From Enoplolaimus lenunculus (Eukaryota): a stretch of 64,000 bases of DNA. Where the stretch lies: NCBI GenBank assembly GCA_030248215.1, contig JASANG010001546.1, positions 372,001 through 436,000 on the forward strand, written 5' to 3'. Position numbers and translations under genes: made by a program. The notes beneath the pieces were generated by a model, which saw nothing but the letters and a program-made list of their open reading frames with translations, was not told the DNA's origin and made no database searches. Of this stretch, positions 52,930 to 64,000 are shown piece after piece; positions within the stretch are counted from its first letter, which is position 1; every line of letters begins with the position of its first letter.

Positions 52930-53818
52930 TCGTTAGTCGTGGAAAAAGACAACTTTCTCAACGCAGTTCCATAAATTTTAATTCAAAGATCACTCATTTT
53001 CCTAAATTCAACGACAAAATTTCGAAACGATTGTCGCTGCAAAAATTGGCATCCGTCTAAAAATTTTAATACAAAATATTTAAAAAACATGAGCAGAAAT
53101 TAGAAATGAAGCATCCAGGATGTAATAAAAAAGTTGTTAAATTAAAAATAATTTTAAATGTTTTAATTTTTTATTTTCATAAACTTAGAAATAATCGTGA
53201 GAAAAAAACGCGTTCAAATTGTGTTTTGCAACAATTCAAAATATTTAATGAAAATTTATTGTGTTTTTTTACTTGTTAAAGTACTTTTTTTACACAAAAT
53301 TTATACAGACACAACCGAATGATCAGTATTATATATTTTAAGAAAAATATTATTTTTTTTCACTAAAATTTTAATAAACAGTAAACATTCAAGCGTTGGT
53401 CGCATTTCTGTTTAAGATTTGATTTCTACTTTTGCTGAAAATTAAATAAACCAATCACTGTATGTAATCCGATTACTCTAAAAGTCGTTTTTAAGATATT
53501 TTTTTTGAAAACTCACACAATTTTTAGTTTACCATTTTACCATTTCAGTTTAAGATTAATGTCCAAAATATTTTTGAACCGAGTGTGTCTAATAAACTAA
53601 AAAACAAATTTGATTTTAAACTTTAATCAGTTTATATTTAAGCTTAAAATTCAAATTATCTTTGGTCGTAGATCATTGGTTGCTAAAATGAAAAATTTTA
53701 AAACAATTAGCACTGAACAAATAATTTTGCTTAAATTTCAAACTTGGCTACAGTACGTATGATCTGCAATAATCGAAGTTTACTGTCATTTTTGGTACCT
53801 GAACAGGACTAAATTATC

Positions 53819-54053
53819 GACCCGTGTTACTTTGATCGGCGTCTCGACTTCTGGTGGGTCTATTAAAGAGTTGGTTTAGATTCTAGATTACTTACATGTT
53901 TTTGCGTAGGCTTAAGCTTAGGTTTAGAGCACATTTTTGCAACCCTTAGGCTTAGGCTTAGGCTTAGGAGCACATTTTTGCAACGCTTAGGCTTAGGATT
54001 AGCCTTAGGAAGACGGTTAATCTACTGTTACGCTCCTTAAAATAACATTGGCC
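53819..54053 (+). mobile_element. Family B MITE
   Basis: Both TIRs present; perfect 8-bp TSD AAATTATC. Confidence 0.9.
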
Positions 54054-54414
54054 AAATTATCTCTCCAGGTGGATGCTTAACTAAGCACGTATAGGCGGTT
54101 TTAGGCTTAGATTTTAAATTTCAAATTTTATTGCAGCTTTTAAGCATTTATTGATCTTGAATAGGCAAACTTTATCGCGTTTCGCGTTGTTTTGTGCCGT
54201 TTTTAATATAGCTGAACAGGCATAATCAGGTATTAAAAGTACTACTTGTTGCCGGGCTGGTCTAATGATCTGTTAATTTAGGTTTAGGCTTAGGCTTAAG
54301 CAATCAAAAATTTACCGGTTCGGTTGCATATGGCCTTGTTGTTGGTTTTTAATTAAGGTTATTTTTTCTTTTTCATGAGTAAATCATGTTTTCACTACAA
54401 GTCTTGTTGAGATA

Positions 54415-54858
54415 CTGTAGTGACCCGAATAAGAAGGGTGCGGTAATAAGAGGGGGTCCCCATTTTCAGTCCTAATTAATAGCAGTCCGTATCCATAATA
54501 AGAGTCCGTAAGCGCATTGAGTCCCTAAACCCTAATTAGAGTACATAAATGTCAATTATTCCTAATTGTAGCGCATAAATGACTCCAGAACCAAACAAAG
54601 TTGAGTTCGAATCTTTATAGCATACTTATGTTTTGAAAGCAACATTCCACAATATAACCTTGCATTATCGCTCAAGCTTTTGATGCAAAGCAAAAAACGT
54701 TTAATTAAACGGATAGTTGCAATACCGGATATATATCAGTAAGGAATGGGGCGGCAGGGTGGTTGAAAACAAATAACAGTCCGTAACCGAATAACAAGGG
54801 GGTACCCTCTGGAGAGGCCAAATAAACATCAGTCCCCCTTTTACTCGGGTCGCTACAG
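54415..54858 (+). mobile_element. Family C MITE, full length
   Basis: TA-CTGTAGTGACCCGA ... TCGGGTCGCTACAG-TA. Confidence 0.9.
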
Positions 54859-54924
54859 TACGTTTACAAATTAGTCTCTCGTTTACTTCCAGCTCAGGTT
54901 TTAGGTTTTCAGATTTTGACATTG

Positions 54925-55064
54925 TTTGTCTAAGATAGGAAGCTGAACTTCAGACCATTTAAACTATTAAGCAGCAAAGAAAGCGAACCTACATTGCGGG
55001 TATTAAACTATCAGCCTTAGGATTCGCTGGCAAGCACACTACCACACACGGCGCCACACATCCC
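54925..55064 (-). mobile_element. tRNA-headed SINE-like element, copy 1
   Basis: Minus strand GGGATGTGTGGCGCCGTGTGTGGTAG...GAATCCTAA...CAATGTAGG; body shared with 55460-55593. Confidence 0.55.
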
Positions 55065-55153
55065 GCCTTTCCAACCACTTCTGTCGTCCGCTGTATGTGT
55101 CAACGGTATGCTGCTAGCTAGCATATATACAGCGCACTGCACTATATTTCATA

Positions 55154-55348
55154 GGCCAATGTTACTTTAAGGGGCGTAACAGTAAATCAAGCGTATTACT
55201 AAGCGTAAGCCTAAGCCTAATCGTTGCAAAAATGTGTTCCTAAGCCTAAGTCTAAGCCTAAGCAAAAAATGTTATCTAGAATCTAAACCTACTCTTTTTA
55301 GATAGACCCACCAAAAACCTGGACGCCCCTTAAAGTATAACATGGGCT
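55154..55348 (-). mobile_element. Family B MITE
   Basis: Reverse-complement copy, both TIRs present. Confidence 0.85.
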
Positions 55349-55459
55349 CATATGTACAGTAAGGACAAGCATGTCAACATACTTACATCCCTCCACTTTC
55401 ACCAAAGTCGTCCCTTAACAATCCATCCAGTTTTGACTGATGCCATATCAAAAGCTCTA

Positions 55460-55593
55460 TGTCAATCAAAATAGGAACCGAGACTTCAGACGTTTTTAAT
55501 TAAGCAGCTGGGAAAACGGGCCTACAATGGGAGGATCGAGCGAGCGGCATTAGGATTCTAACACAGGCGCTCTGCCACTGTGTCACGCATCCC
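55460..55593 (-). mobile_element. tRNA-headed SINE-like element, copy 2
   Basis: Minus strand GGGATGCGTGACACAGTGGCAGAGCG...GAATCCTAA...GCTCGATCC (A-box-like and B-box-like motifs). Confidence 0.55.
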
Positions 55594-55779
55594 TCAATTA
55601 CTTTGATCGTAGACTGTATGGCGAACAGTGTTTAACTGGACCAGAGGTGAAAGTGGGTTAAACATTTTTGAGCCGCGCAGGGATTTACCTGTGGAAATTT
55701 TATTGTTTTTATCCTCAAGTGCACCCGCGAAAAATTCCTTTACTCACTACCAGTCTTTACCCGCCCTTGTGTAATTGTG

Positions 55780-56564
55780 TAATTGAGCGAAGCTCGGAGT
55801 TTCGCGAAGCGTTTTATGTTTTGTACTTGAGGGTCGAAAGGTGGATGTCCGTCTGTCAGTCTGTCCGTCCGAAAAGAATCTCAGGAACGGCTGAACCGAT
55901 TTTGATAATTTTTTTGTTTGAAACTCAATTATCCTGGGGTGTTAACTTCGCATTGGGGTTTTAAAATTTTAAGTCGTTTATTAGAATCAGGCTAATTTGC
56001 ATAATTAATTAAGCCTAAATTAGGACTTTCCACAATATTGCGCTAATTATTACAGTTAGAAGCAATCTAATTTTAGCATTAAAGGGTTTTTTGCGAGGAA
56101 TCTCCGTAGACTGTTTACAAACCTCCAAAACTGATAATTGAGCAGTTAGCTAATGGATAATTTGCATATTAGCGTAGTTTATAAGCCTAAATTAGGACTT
56201 TTTACAATATTTCACTAATTATTAAGGTTGAAAGCAAAACAATATCAGCACTAAAGGGGGTTTAGGTGCGAGGAATTTGAATAAATTGTTTCCAAACATC
56301 CAAAACCGATAATTGAATAGTTAGCTAATAGCTAATTTGCATATTAGCTTAATTGACAAGACAAAATTAGGACTTTTTAAATTATTTCAATAATTATTAG
56401 GGTGGCGGAAGGGTTCTTGGGTACGAAAAATCTTAGGAAATTGCTTAAAAACCTCCAACATGGATAAATGAATAGTTAGCTAATAACTAATTTGCATATT
56501 ACCTTAATTGCTTACGTGCGTTCGAGCTTCGCTCAATAAATGTAGTCCCACTACGACTGGTTTT
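55780..56564 (+). mobile_element. Non-autonomous Helentron/DINE-1-like (HINE) rolling-circle element
   Basis: Perfect 15-bp subterminal inverted repeat ATTGAGCGAAGCTCG / CGAGCTTCGCTCAAT, GTCY microsatellite, 3' hairpin GTAGT-ccc-ACTAC then TTTT, central ~155-175 bp tandem repeats. Confidence 0.8.
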
Positions 56565-57367
56565 ATAATGTATAAATCTTAGTCACTCAATTTACCTCAC
56601 AAAAACTCTTTATTAGTAACCTTGAAAACAAACCATTCAGTAAAAATGTAACACCGGATAATATTGTACATTACACCTATCACCGGCAACACTAGACTCT
56701 TTGTAGATGGTGATCATGATCAGTGAATCAAAACTTTCTTGTCTGTACAAAATCAAATTCAGCCAGAACCATAATATTAATAGCAACCTGCTTTATTTGT
56801 GAGGTACACTAGCTATGTACATGAAACCGCTGTGTGTCATTTTCTACGAAAGTTTAGACGGGTAAACAAATGACAAATTTTTACAAGCGCTTTCAAATTC
56901 TTTATCCGCTGGTACAACCACGTCAAAATTTTCTTACCCGTACCCGCGTTACACGCGAGTACCCGCAGATAGCGTGCAGCTCTGAACCGGACTTCAATAT
57001 CTGTTTTCCGTTATTTTAATTGTTTCGTTTACACCCTGATGGCGACCTTAAGCTGCAGGTTAGCATACGACACAGTTTACACTGCGTAAATATTGTGCAT
57101 ATGTTCCATGACAAACATATGTCTCACATGCTTACAACTATAATATTCTTAGAATTAATACTAATCATTCGCTTAATCTTAAACTTAGGCTTACAGTTTA
57201 CGCTTGCACGATGCCTGCACAAAACCGAAAATTGTTCACATTAAGTTGAAATAGCTGACCGCAAGGTACATATATTGCAACTGTTTTACCGTTGTTTTGT
57301 TCAAATCCTATTTAGAGTCGATAAAAGTGACCAAACCAGACCATCTGCCAAGACTGTTTAAGTAATG

Positions 57368-57565
57368 GGCCAATGTACAGAACAGGGCGGACCAGTAATT
57401 TAAGCGTATTCCTAAGCCTAAGCGTAAGCGTAAGAATGAGTTTATTTTTAATCCTAAGCGTAATCCTAGGCCTAAGTCAAGCCGAAAAAATTAGTCTAAA
57501 CCTTTTAAGCTTATTCCATTGCAGTCCCACAGAAAAACGCTCCGCCTCTGATCTGTACATGGGCC
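57368..57565 (-). mobile_element. Family A MITE
   Basis: Both TIRs present; flanks AAGTAATG / AAATAATG. Confidence 0.85.
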
Positions 57566-59668
57566 AAATAATGTAACAGATACTCAAACAGCCCGCGTAA
57601 TCGTTATGAAATCCAGAAGGAAAATTAACGGCCATGGCAATTAACGACAAAAATGCTTCGAAGCGATTCAGTTCACAAAAGAAAGAAGATAAAAAGTTTT
57701 ATGTTGGTTCTAAAACTAACATAGGGTGAATTAAAAATGAATAACAGTCCGTAACCAAATAACATGGGTCAGCCTCTGATGAATAAATATCAGTCCGCCA
57801 CCCTCGTATCCAGGTCAGTACAAGTATGCTTACATGCTTGATACAAACAATTTCATATATGCTTTATACATGCTTAATTTTTGTGCTTATAACCAGTTTT
57901 GTATATATTGAAAAATATGAGTGAAAACGCGATATTTTATCTTGATATTTTTACAAAAATGTAAAATCAAGTATTTTTTAACATCAAATCGTTGCTTTAA
58001 TACAAAACTATAGGACATTCGTAAGTTTTTTTTGAGAAAAAAAGATTAAAAATTCTAACACAACTTATGCATTGTTTCTTGATATAACGGTATTTTAATA
58101 GTGACAGCGGTCAATGTGGCAAAGATTTCATAAAATATTTGTCGTTTAGCAAATATCTGCTTTGTAAAAATTGTCTTTTTTTCTTGTTTACTCATAAAAG
58201 TGCGAAAATTAATATCCAGTTTATACCTGTGAACTTGTTAACATTTTCAAAACAACCTAAATAATATAAGACTCGTTTTAGGCAAAATTATTAATATTTG
58301 TGTACCAGCAAAGTTTGTAATATTTTATGTTACATCGAGCGCACTTATATTTAGGAACTACTCGATGCCGTTAAAACTGAAGACTTTGTTTTAAAATTTT
58401 GACTTAAAATTACAAAAAACACTATATATCAACGTAATTGTGTCAAAATATAACTATTTTTACAGCAAAAAAATCCCGTTTTTACTAGTAAAATTATCAT
58501 TTTAGGTTGCGCTAATGTTTGGCGTTTAGTGCGTGTCCCAGATTTACTAAAATGTAACGTTTTACAATGTGAAGCTTTAGTTAAAGTAGGAGAATTTGTT
58601 TCAGCAGCAACACATTAGTTTAAGTTGCATCCAGGAGATGTGTTGGCTTTTTGGCCGCGTATAGTAAAACTGCAATAAATAATAATAATAATAATAGTAA
58701 TAATAATAACGTACAATGAAAAAATAATGTTGCATTATGCATTTACACAAGCAGTGATAAATCCGATTATCAGCCACGCCTTGAAGTGCATTCACAAGCG
58801 TCACCTGGCGTTGCATGGTCATATAACGGGGACACCCACAAGATGCCGAAACACCCACAAAGACACACATACACACACAGGAAACATGCAAACATTTTTG
58901 TTGAAAAAATATTAAGGAAGCGCGTTTAAGCATCAAAAACAACTCAGATGTTAAAAGTTGGTCCATTTTCAAGCACAAAATATTGTTTAAAATTGAAAAT
59001 TTTCAAGTCTCCGCCTCTGTCCAAGTTTCATCGTGCGATGCCCCAAATTTTAAGGGCAACACAAAACATTGTTTTTGACTGCACAAATGCATGCATTCAT
59101 TACTGGTCTTTGGTGTAAAATATTAATTGTAAGGATGAACAACGCAGTTTCAGTCTTTTATGTTTCTCAACAACAAACATTTTGCATTTAAGATTTGCGC
59201 TTTCTCCCTGAGTTTAGACTGAAAAAATACTTTTGAACTTAAGTGAAATATGATGTTGGTTTCATCCATGCGTATTTTTGTTGAGTTATCGCCTGTATTT
59301 AAGGGATTTATTGCCAGAATCCTGTTGATTTAGGAATAAGACACCTTGGCACAACTGGGATTAACGAATAAACTGATTCTTTGGTCTGACGAACTTTCAC
59401 AATTACATAAATCGAAAGCTGAAATGATTAAAATTGAACAGTTTTCCTGCACCAGATTTGAGTTAAAAATCGGAAAATGAGTTCAATGTCGCCGACAGGC
59501 CACAATTGATTTCATTAAAATAGCGACTGTAAACCAACTGATGTTCAGATGATTCCATTTTTGTTATCGAAGCCTTGAAAACTTCAAATGCCTTCTTTAT
59601 TTCGTCCATTTCTTAAGCCTTTTTTGCAATTCAATTAATTAACGGCAATGAATCGGTGTTGCTTATAT

Positions 59669-59675
59669 TTTTCAG
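59669..59675 (+). promoter_or_regulatory. Splice acceptor 78 nt upstream of the collagen ATG (possible SL trans-splice site)
   Basis: TTTTCAG consensus with no coding exon evident upstream. Confidence 0.5.
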
Positions 59676-59753
59676 AAACGTTTCTCAGAAGTTAAAAGTT
59701 AGTAAATTGTGACGGTTTGAGCTTAGATTTTGAATACGGAAAATAACAAAATC

Positions 59754-59918
59754 ATGGTTGAAGACGGAGCCCGAGAACAAGCGTACAAGCTTGTCGCATA
59801 TTCTGCAGTTGCATTCAGTTTTGTGTCAATTTTGGCCGTTGCTGTTACTCTTCCTGCAGTAAACAATTATGTGACGTATATGCAACAAACTGCTCAACGC
59901 GATATGGAATTTTGCCAT
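59754..59918 (+). CDS. Nematode cuticle collagen, exon 1 (Col_cuticle_N, transmembrane/signal anchor)
   Basis: MVEDGAREQAYKLVAYSAVAFSFVSILAVAVTLPAVNNYV...MEFCH; phase-0 donor GTAAGA. Confidence 0.93.
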
Positions 59919-60185
59919 GTAAGATTTGATTTGTTTTCAAATTCTTCAAAAACGCTAAATTGTAGTTTTCACCTGATTTTTGTGAAAAATTCGTTAATTT
60001 TTCCTTTAATTCCGTTTACCAAAATTTTGCTTTCTTCTGTCGTTTGAAATATCTGAAATGATTTTTGTTCGACGATAATAAATTTAATGATGGCATTTCT
60101 TCACACGGCGCAGATGCCATTTATTCTGGTTGACAATATTTTATTTTTAATGTTTAATTTTTAATTTGTTTTCTATTTTTTTCAG

Positions 60186-60279
60186 AGCGCAGCCAGAAAA
60201 GTGATGACTGGTGCATACACCAGTGGACCCGTCTACTCAAACCGCACAATTGCCAAACGTCAAACTCCTGGCTGTGAAG
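60186..60279 (+). CDS. Cuticle collagen, exon 2
   Basis: TTTTCAG acceptor; SAARKVMTGAYTSGPVYSNRTIAKRQTPGCE; phase-1 donor AG|GTAAAT. Confidence 0.9.
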
Positions 60280-60532
60280 GTAAATTTTGTTAGAAATTCG
60301 TTTACAAACCAGCATTTTTAATTTGTTTACAACGAAAATGAATTTCAAATCTGCCTTTTTTCGTTTTGGAGCCGAAACAGTTTTTTGTTGAAAAGTTCGG
60401 CATTGTTTCATTCAACGTTGCTTGCGGAGCTGAGTGAAATGTCTTTAAGTTTTTGACGGTAAACTGGTTAAACAGTTGTGAACAAATCACTGCTCAGGCT
60501 CCAGCCCTTGATTAATGTGCCAGAGTCAGTTA

Positions 60533-61437
60533 TGCACCATCCAGGTTATGCTGCGCTCGCCAATGTTAAAAAATGTCCATGTCATTATTATAAAGTAGCA
60601 ATAAAATTACAGCTATTTCTTGCACCAAGTAATTATTTTCACACTATTTAGCTAGTATGTCGTTTCTTTGCAGTCTATTCTTAGGACATGTTCGGAAAAT
60701 GGCAGGGTATTTTGACAATGTGTCATTTCTTGCACCATAATACAATTTACCAAAAAATTTGAATGTCATGCTTAAATTTGAATTTTCAAGCGAAATTTTG
60801 AAATTTTTCGGAAAAATTTGAGTTTTATCGGCAAAATTTGAATTTTCCCAACAAAATTTGAATTTTTCCGCCAAAATTTCAGTTTTATACCAAAATTTGA
60901 ATTTCGCGCCAAAACTTAAGTTTTCCCGCCAAAATTTAAATTTTCCCGCCACAATTTGAATTTTCCACTAAAATTTAACTTTTCCCGCCAAAATTTGAAT
61001 TTCGCGCCAAATTTTAAATTTTCCCGCCAAAACTTGAATTTTCCACCAAAATTTAACTTTTCCCGAAAAATTTGAATTTTCCCGCCAAAATTTGAATTTC
61101 CCGCCAAAATTTAAGTTTTCCCGCCAAAAATTGAATTTTACCGCAAAAATTTGAATTTTCCCGCCAAAATTTGAGTTTCCGGGACAAAATTTGAAAAATT
61201 ATAAGAAATTTTAAACTCTGCCGTTTCTAACCATTGGCCGTACTATATCCACTGTATTTTAAAAGGGTGATATTTTTACAACATTATTTTTGCCACGTCG
61301 CTTTATTTTGTAGGTCATTCGTATAGCTAGCTAATAGTTTGGACACTATTTTTAGAGAGTGTTCGCAAATTAGCTAGCTATTAAAATGGTGGGACATTTT
61401 TTGACATTGGCGAGCGCAGTATAACCTGAATGATGCA
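60533..61437 (+). mobile_element. Long-TIR MITE in a collagen intron with an expanded ~20-21 bp array (AAATTTGAATTTTCCCGCCA) at ~60755-61195
   Basis: ~45-bp TIRs flanked by TTA on both sides; same family as 32551-33025. Confidence 0.85.
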
Positions 61438-62158
61438 TTATTGGATTACTCAGGAACCTTTTTCACGGGTGTCGACATGGGGGGAGTAGCAGCGGGCCGT
61501 GCCCCCCAAAATTAATTTGGTTTAAAAGTGAACAATCTTGAGTTGCAATTGTAAGATCGTTCCAAAAGTATGCGGTGCCACCATAAAATAATATTCTGCG
61601 GACGCCCCTGACATTGGACCAATAGCGACAATTTTATCGCTGCTCGGCTCAGCACTGCTCTTTGCCAGCTAAAAATTAACAGATGTATAAATTTTCTAAC
61701 TTTTTGACAAAATATTGCTATGAACTCAGGAAGGGTCCATGAAACAGAAAAAATCGAATTGTTTGAAATTGAAATGATTGGGGAAAGCCGTGAGAAATTC
61801 AAATATGCAAAATATTGTAAAATTTGAACATTTTTGGTAAAAAGATTCTGTCTGATACAAAACGAAACAACCGATTAAATTTAAGCTTCGGGAACGTTTT
61901 TTCAAATAAATTCCTGTAAGACGGGTAAATGGTTTATTCATACTCGTATATTCTCTATTGGTTATAGCATCAATCGCCAAAAGATCACATGTTTTGAACC
62001 AGCGAATTTTGGTTTGAATAAAACTTTATTGAATTGAACCAGATTTAATTCAGTAAAGCCAATATTTCAACTTGAATGCTCAGCCAAATATTTTGTGTTT
62101 TATTTTAAAATTCTTTTGTCGTTTGATTAACACATTTCTGTTTTATTTCATTAATTTT

Positions 62159-62414
62159 ACTCTGTAAATTCCAATGAGTTGATTAATCAGTTCAGCTAGC
62201 GAGTTGGTTATTTCTGAATTTTAATATCAGTAAACATTAACTCACTCTGAGCTGAGTCGATTCTCACTTTGAATTGAGTTGACTCTGGGTGAGCTAGTTA
62301 ATTAACTCAGAATGAATTCAATCAACTCAAAATTCATAGTTCTGATAGTAATAAGTCATACTTAGTGATTCAACTCATTCTAAGATCAAATCAACTCACT
62401 GAAATTTACAGTGT
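62159..62414. mobile_element. CAC-type MITE (TGAGTT/AACTCA-rich palindrome)
   Basis: CTCTGTAAATT ... AATTTACAGTG; related to 1-82. Confidence 0.65.
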
Positions 62415-62585
62415 GAGGAAATGAAACTTATGAGCTGTAAATCACTTTGTATCTGATCAGGCTGTGACCTTTTAGCTGTTTTATTTTTGTTTTCAGTTAT
62501 TTCACGTTGGCGGATGTATGAAACTCCTTTTGTCATCGGAAACCTTTTGCAGCGACAATTGAATCTTGTATTTTTCTTGTTTCAG

Positions 62586-62777
62586 GATGCTGTTTGCCTG
62601 GCGTTGCTGGTCCACCAGGCAAACCAGGCGCTAATGGTCGCCATGGCTATCCAGGAATGCCAGGACAACCAGGCTTCCCAGGCCGTCCATCCGCCGTCTG
62701 CGAAGAACCAACGCCACCTCCATGCCGACCATGCCCACCTGGACCTCCTGGACCTCCTGGACCCGGCGGACCCCGAG
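62586..62777 (+). CDS. Cuticle collagen, exon 3 (start of Gly-X-Y domain); gene continues beyond the window
   Basis: TTTCAG acceptor; GCCLPGVAGPPGKPG...CEEPTPPPCRPCPPGPPGPPG; Cys pattern typical of col-1/dpy-13-type collagens; donor AG|GTAAAA. Confidence 0.95.
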
Positions 62778-62799
62778 GTAAAATGTTCTTTAAGGTTAA

Positions 62800-63040
62800 A
62801 CCAAGAGTCGATGATCACTCTTAGACAGGAGTGTGCAACTTTTGTTAAAAATGTGTGGCACAAAATGTACCACCGAAACAATTTGAGTAGCATACAAAAC
62901 AGCATAGAGATCCCTTAAATAAGAGGGAGTCAGCCATAACGCAAAGTTCGCTGGATACATTCTTTTGTTCACAGAATTTACTCAGTTGCACAGAAAATGG
63001 TCATTAAAAAACAAAAAAAAAAAAACAATCCACTCTTGGT
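62800..63040. mobile_element. Family G element just inside a collagen intron
   Basis: ACCAAGAGTCGATGATCAC ... ATCCACTCTTGGT. Confidence 0.7.
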
Positions 63041-64000
63041 TAAACTAATTCACTAATGACAGCGTATTTATTTGCTAAACTTAACAGCCATGTTTAAGTT
63101 GTTGCCGTGGCTGAAAATTAGAAAAACGGAATGCAACCGGAGATGGACTTAAAGCAGAATACCAGAGGCAGAGAAAGCAGTCATGGAAATTTAGCCGAAG
63201 ACGGAGGCAAAACTAGCGGTTGTATCCGGCATTAAGGTTCAAGGTCCAGCTCCTGAGGCCCAGCAAGAAAGTCTTACAAAGGACCAGTTCCTGGATGCCC
63301 CAGTTGTGTTGAGTTTGTGTGTTAATTTATCTTTGCTCGTTTTTTGCTCAAAAAATTTTAAAATTCGTCAGTTTTGTGACATAAAAGTTGCATAAAATGG
63401 CGTTTTTCTCTTCAAAACAATGCAAAAACGACTGTTTTGCTGTTGAAATAAAATTACTAATTTTGTCGCAGAAAAGCGTTTAAAGTTTCATGGTTGAGTG
63501 AACTTCACTACGGAGACTTTAGTGCAAATCAGCAAAACTGACATTTTGCGTATTTTTAAATATATTTTTTTTAATTTTTTATCACAAAATGTGTAAAAAA
63601 CCAGGATGCAAAGTTAAATAACAGTTGATATCATCAAAATATATGTAAGCATGTAAGGCATGTATGTATGTGCCTATTATATACATAACATTTTGACCTA
63701 AAAACATTGCGTTTAAATCTCCAAATATTGTCAACATTTCAGGGACAGGGAATAAAATCCCTCCCGAAATAATCGAGAGACGAAAAAATGAACTTTTAAG
63801 GGAATTTAATTCTGGTTTTGCTTATTTCAAGGACAAATTTTTACAGCCTAAAATACGGCTGTAAATTACATTTTTTCCTTTCAGTCAATTTTTTAAAACT
63901 TAAATTAAAATTTAGAACAGAAAAACTATTTTGGTGCAGTTTTGATGCATACAGAAGATAACAGATGTTTAAAATTTTTTTGCCATCTCTAAACGCAGGG

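Noticed and set aside
60644..61107. KFKFWREN-repeat ORFs
   Set aside because: Translation of an intronic tandem array
62487..62918. 143-aa and 107-aa ORFs over the collagen exon
   Set aside because: Shadow frames of the GC-rich Gly-X-Y exon

Overview
AT-rich, intron-rich eukaryotic DNA, almost certainly from a nematode (cuticle collagen gene, TTTCAG acceptors, interstitial TTAGGC repeats). Two protein-coding genes are well supported. The first is a + strand ODR-2/HOT-family Ly-6 (10-Cys LU domain, GPI-type tail) gene with common exons at 49073-49258 and 50379-50764. The second is the 5' part of a cuticle collagen gene (59754 onward), which runs off the window end. Three widely spaced ORFs (16676-16937, 33311-34112, 48000-48273) each contain a hydrophobic stretch and end in a phase-1 splice donor that joins the Ly-6 exon in frame. 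This suggests a locus of at least 34 kb with alternative promoters and N-termini. The rest is a dense patchwork of non-autonomous transposons. These include two GGCC-ended MITE families with 8-bp TSDs that carry telomeric repeats (Merlin-like), hAT, TA-targeting and CACTG MITEs, a Helentron/DINE-1-like element, tRNA-headed SINE-like repeats, and minisatellites built from degenerate telomere hexamers. No transposase was found. All calls were made by eye, without database searches.
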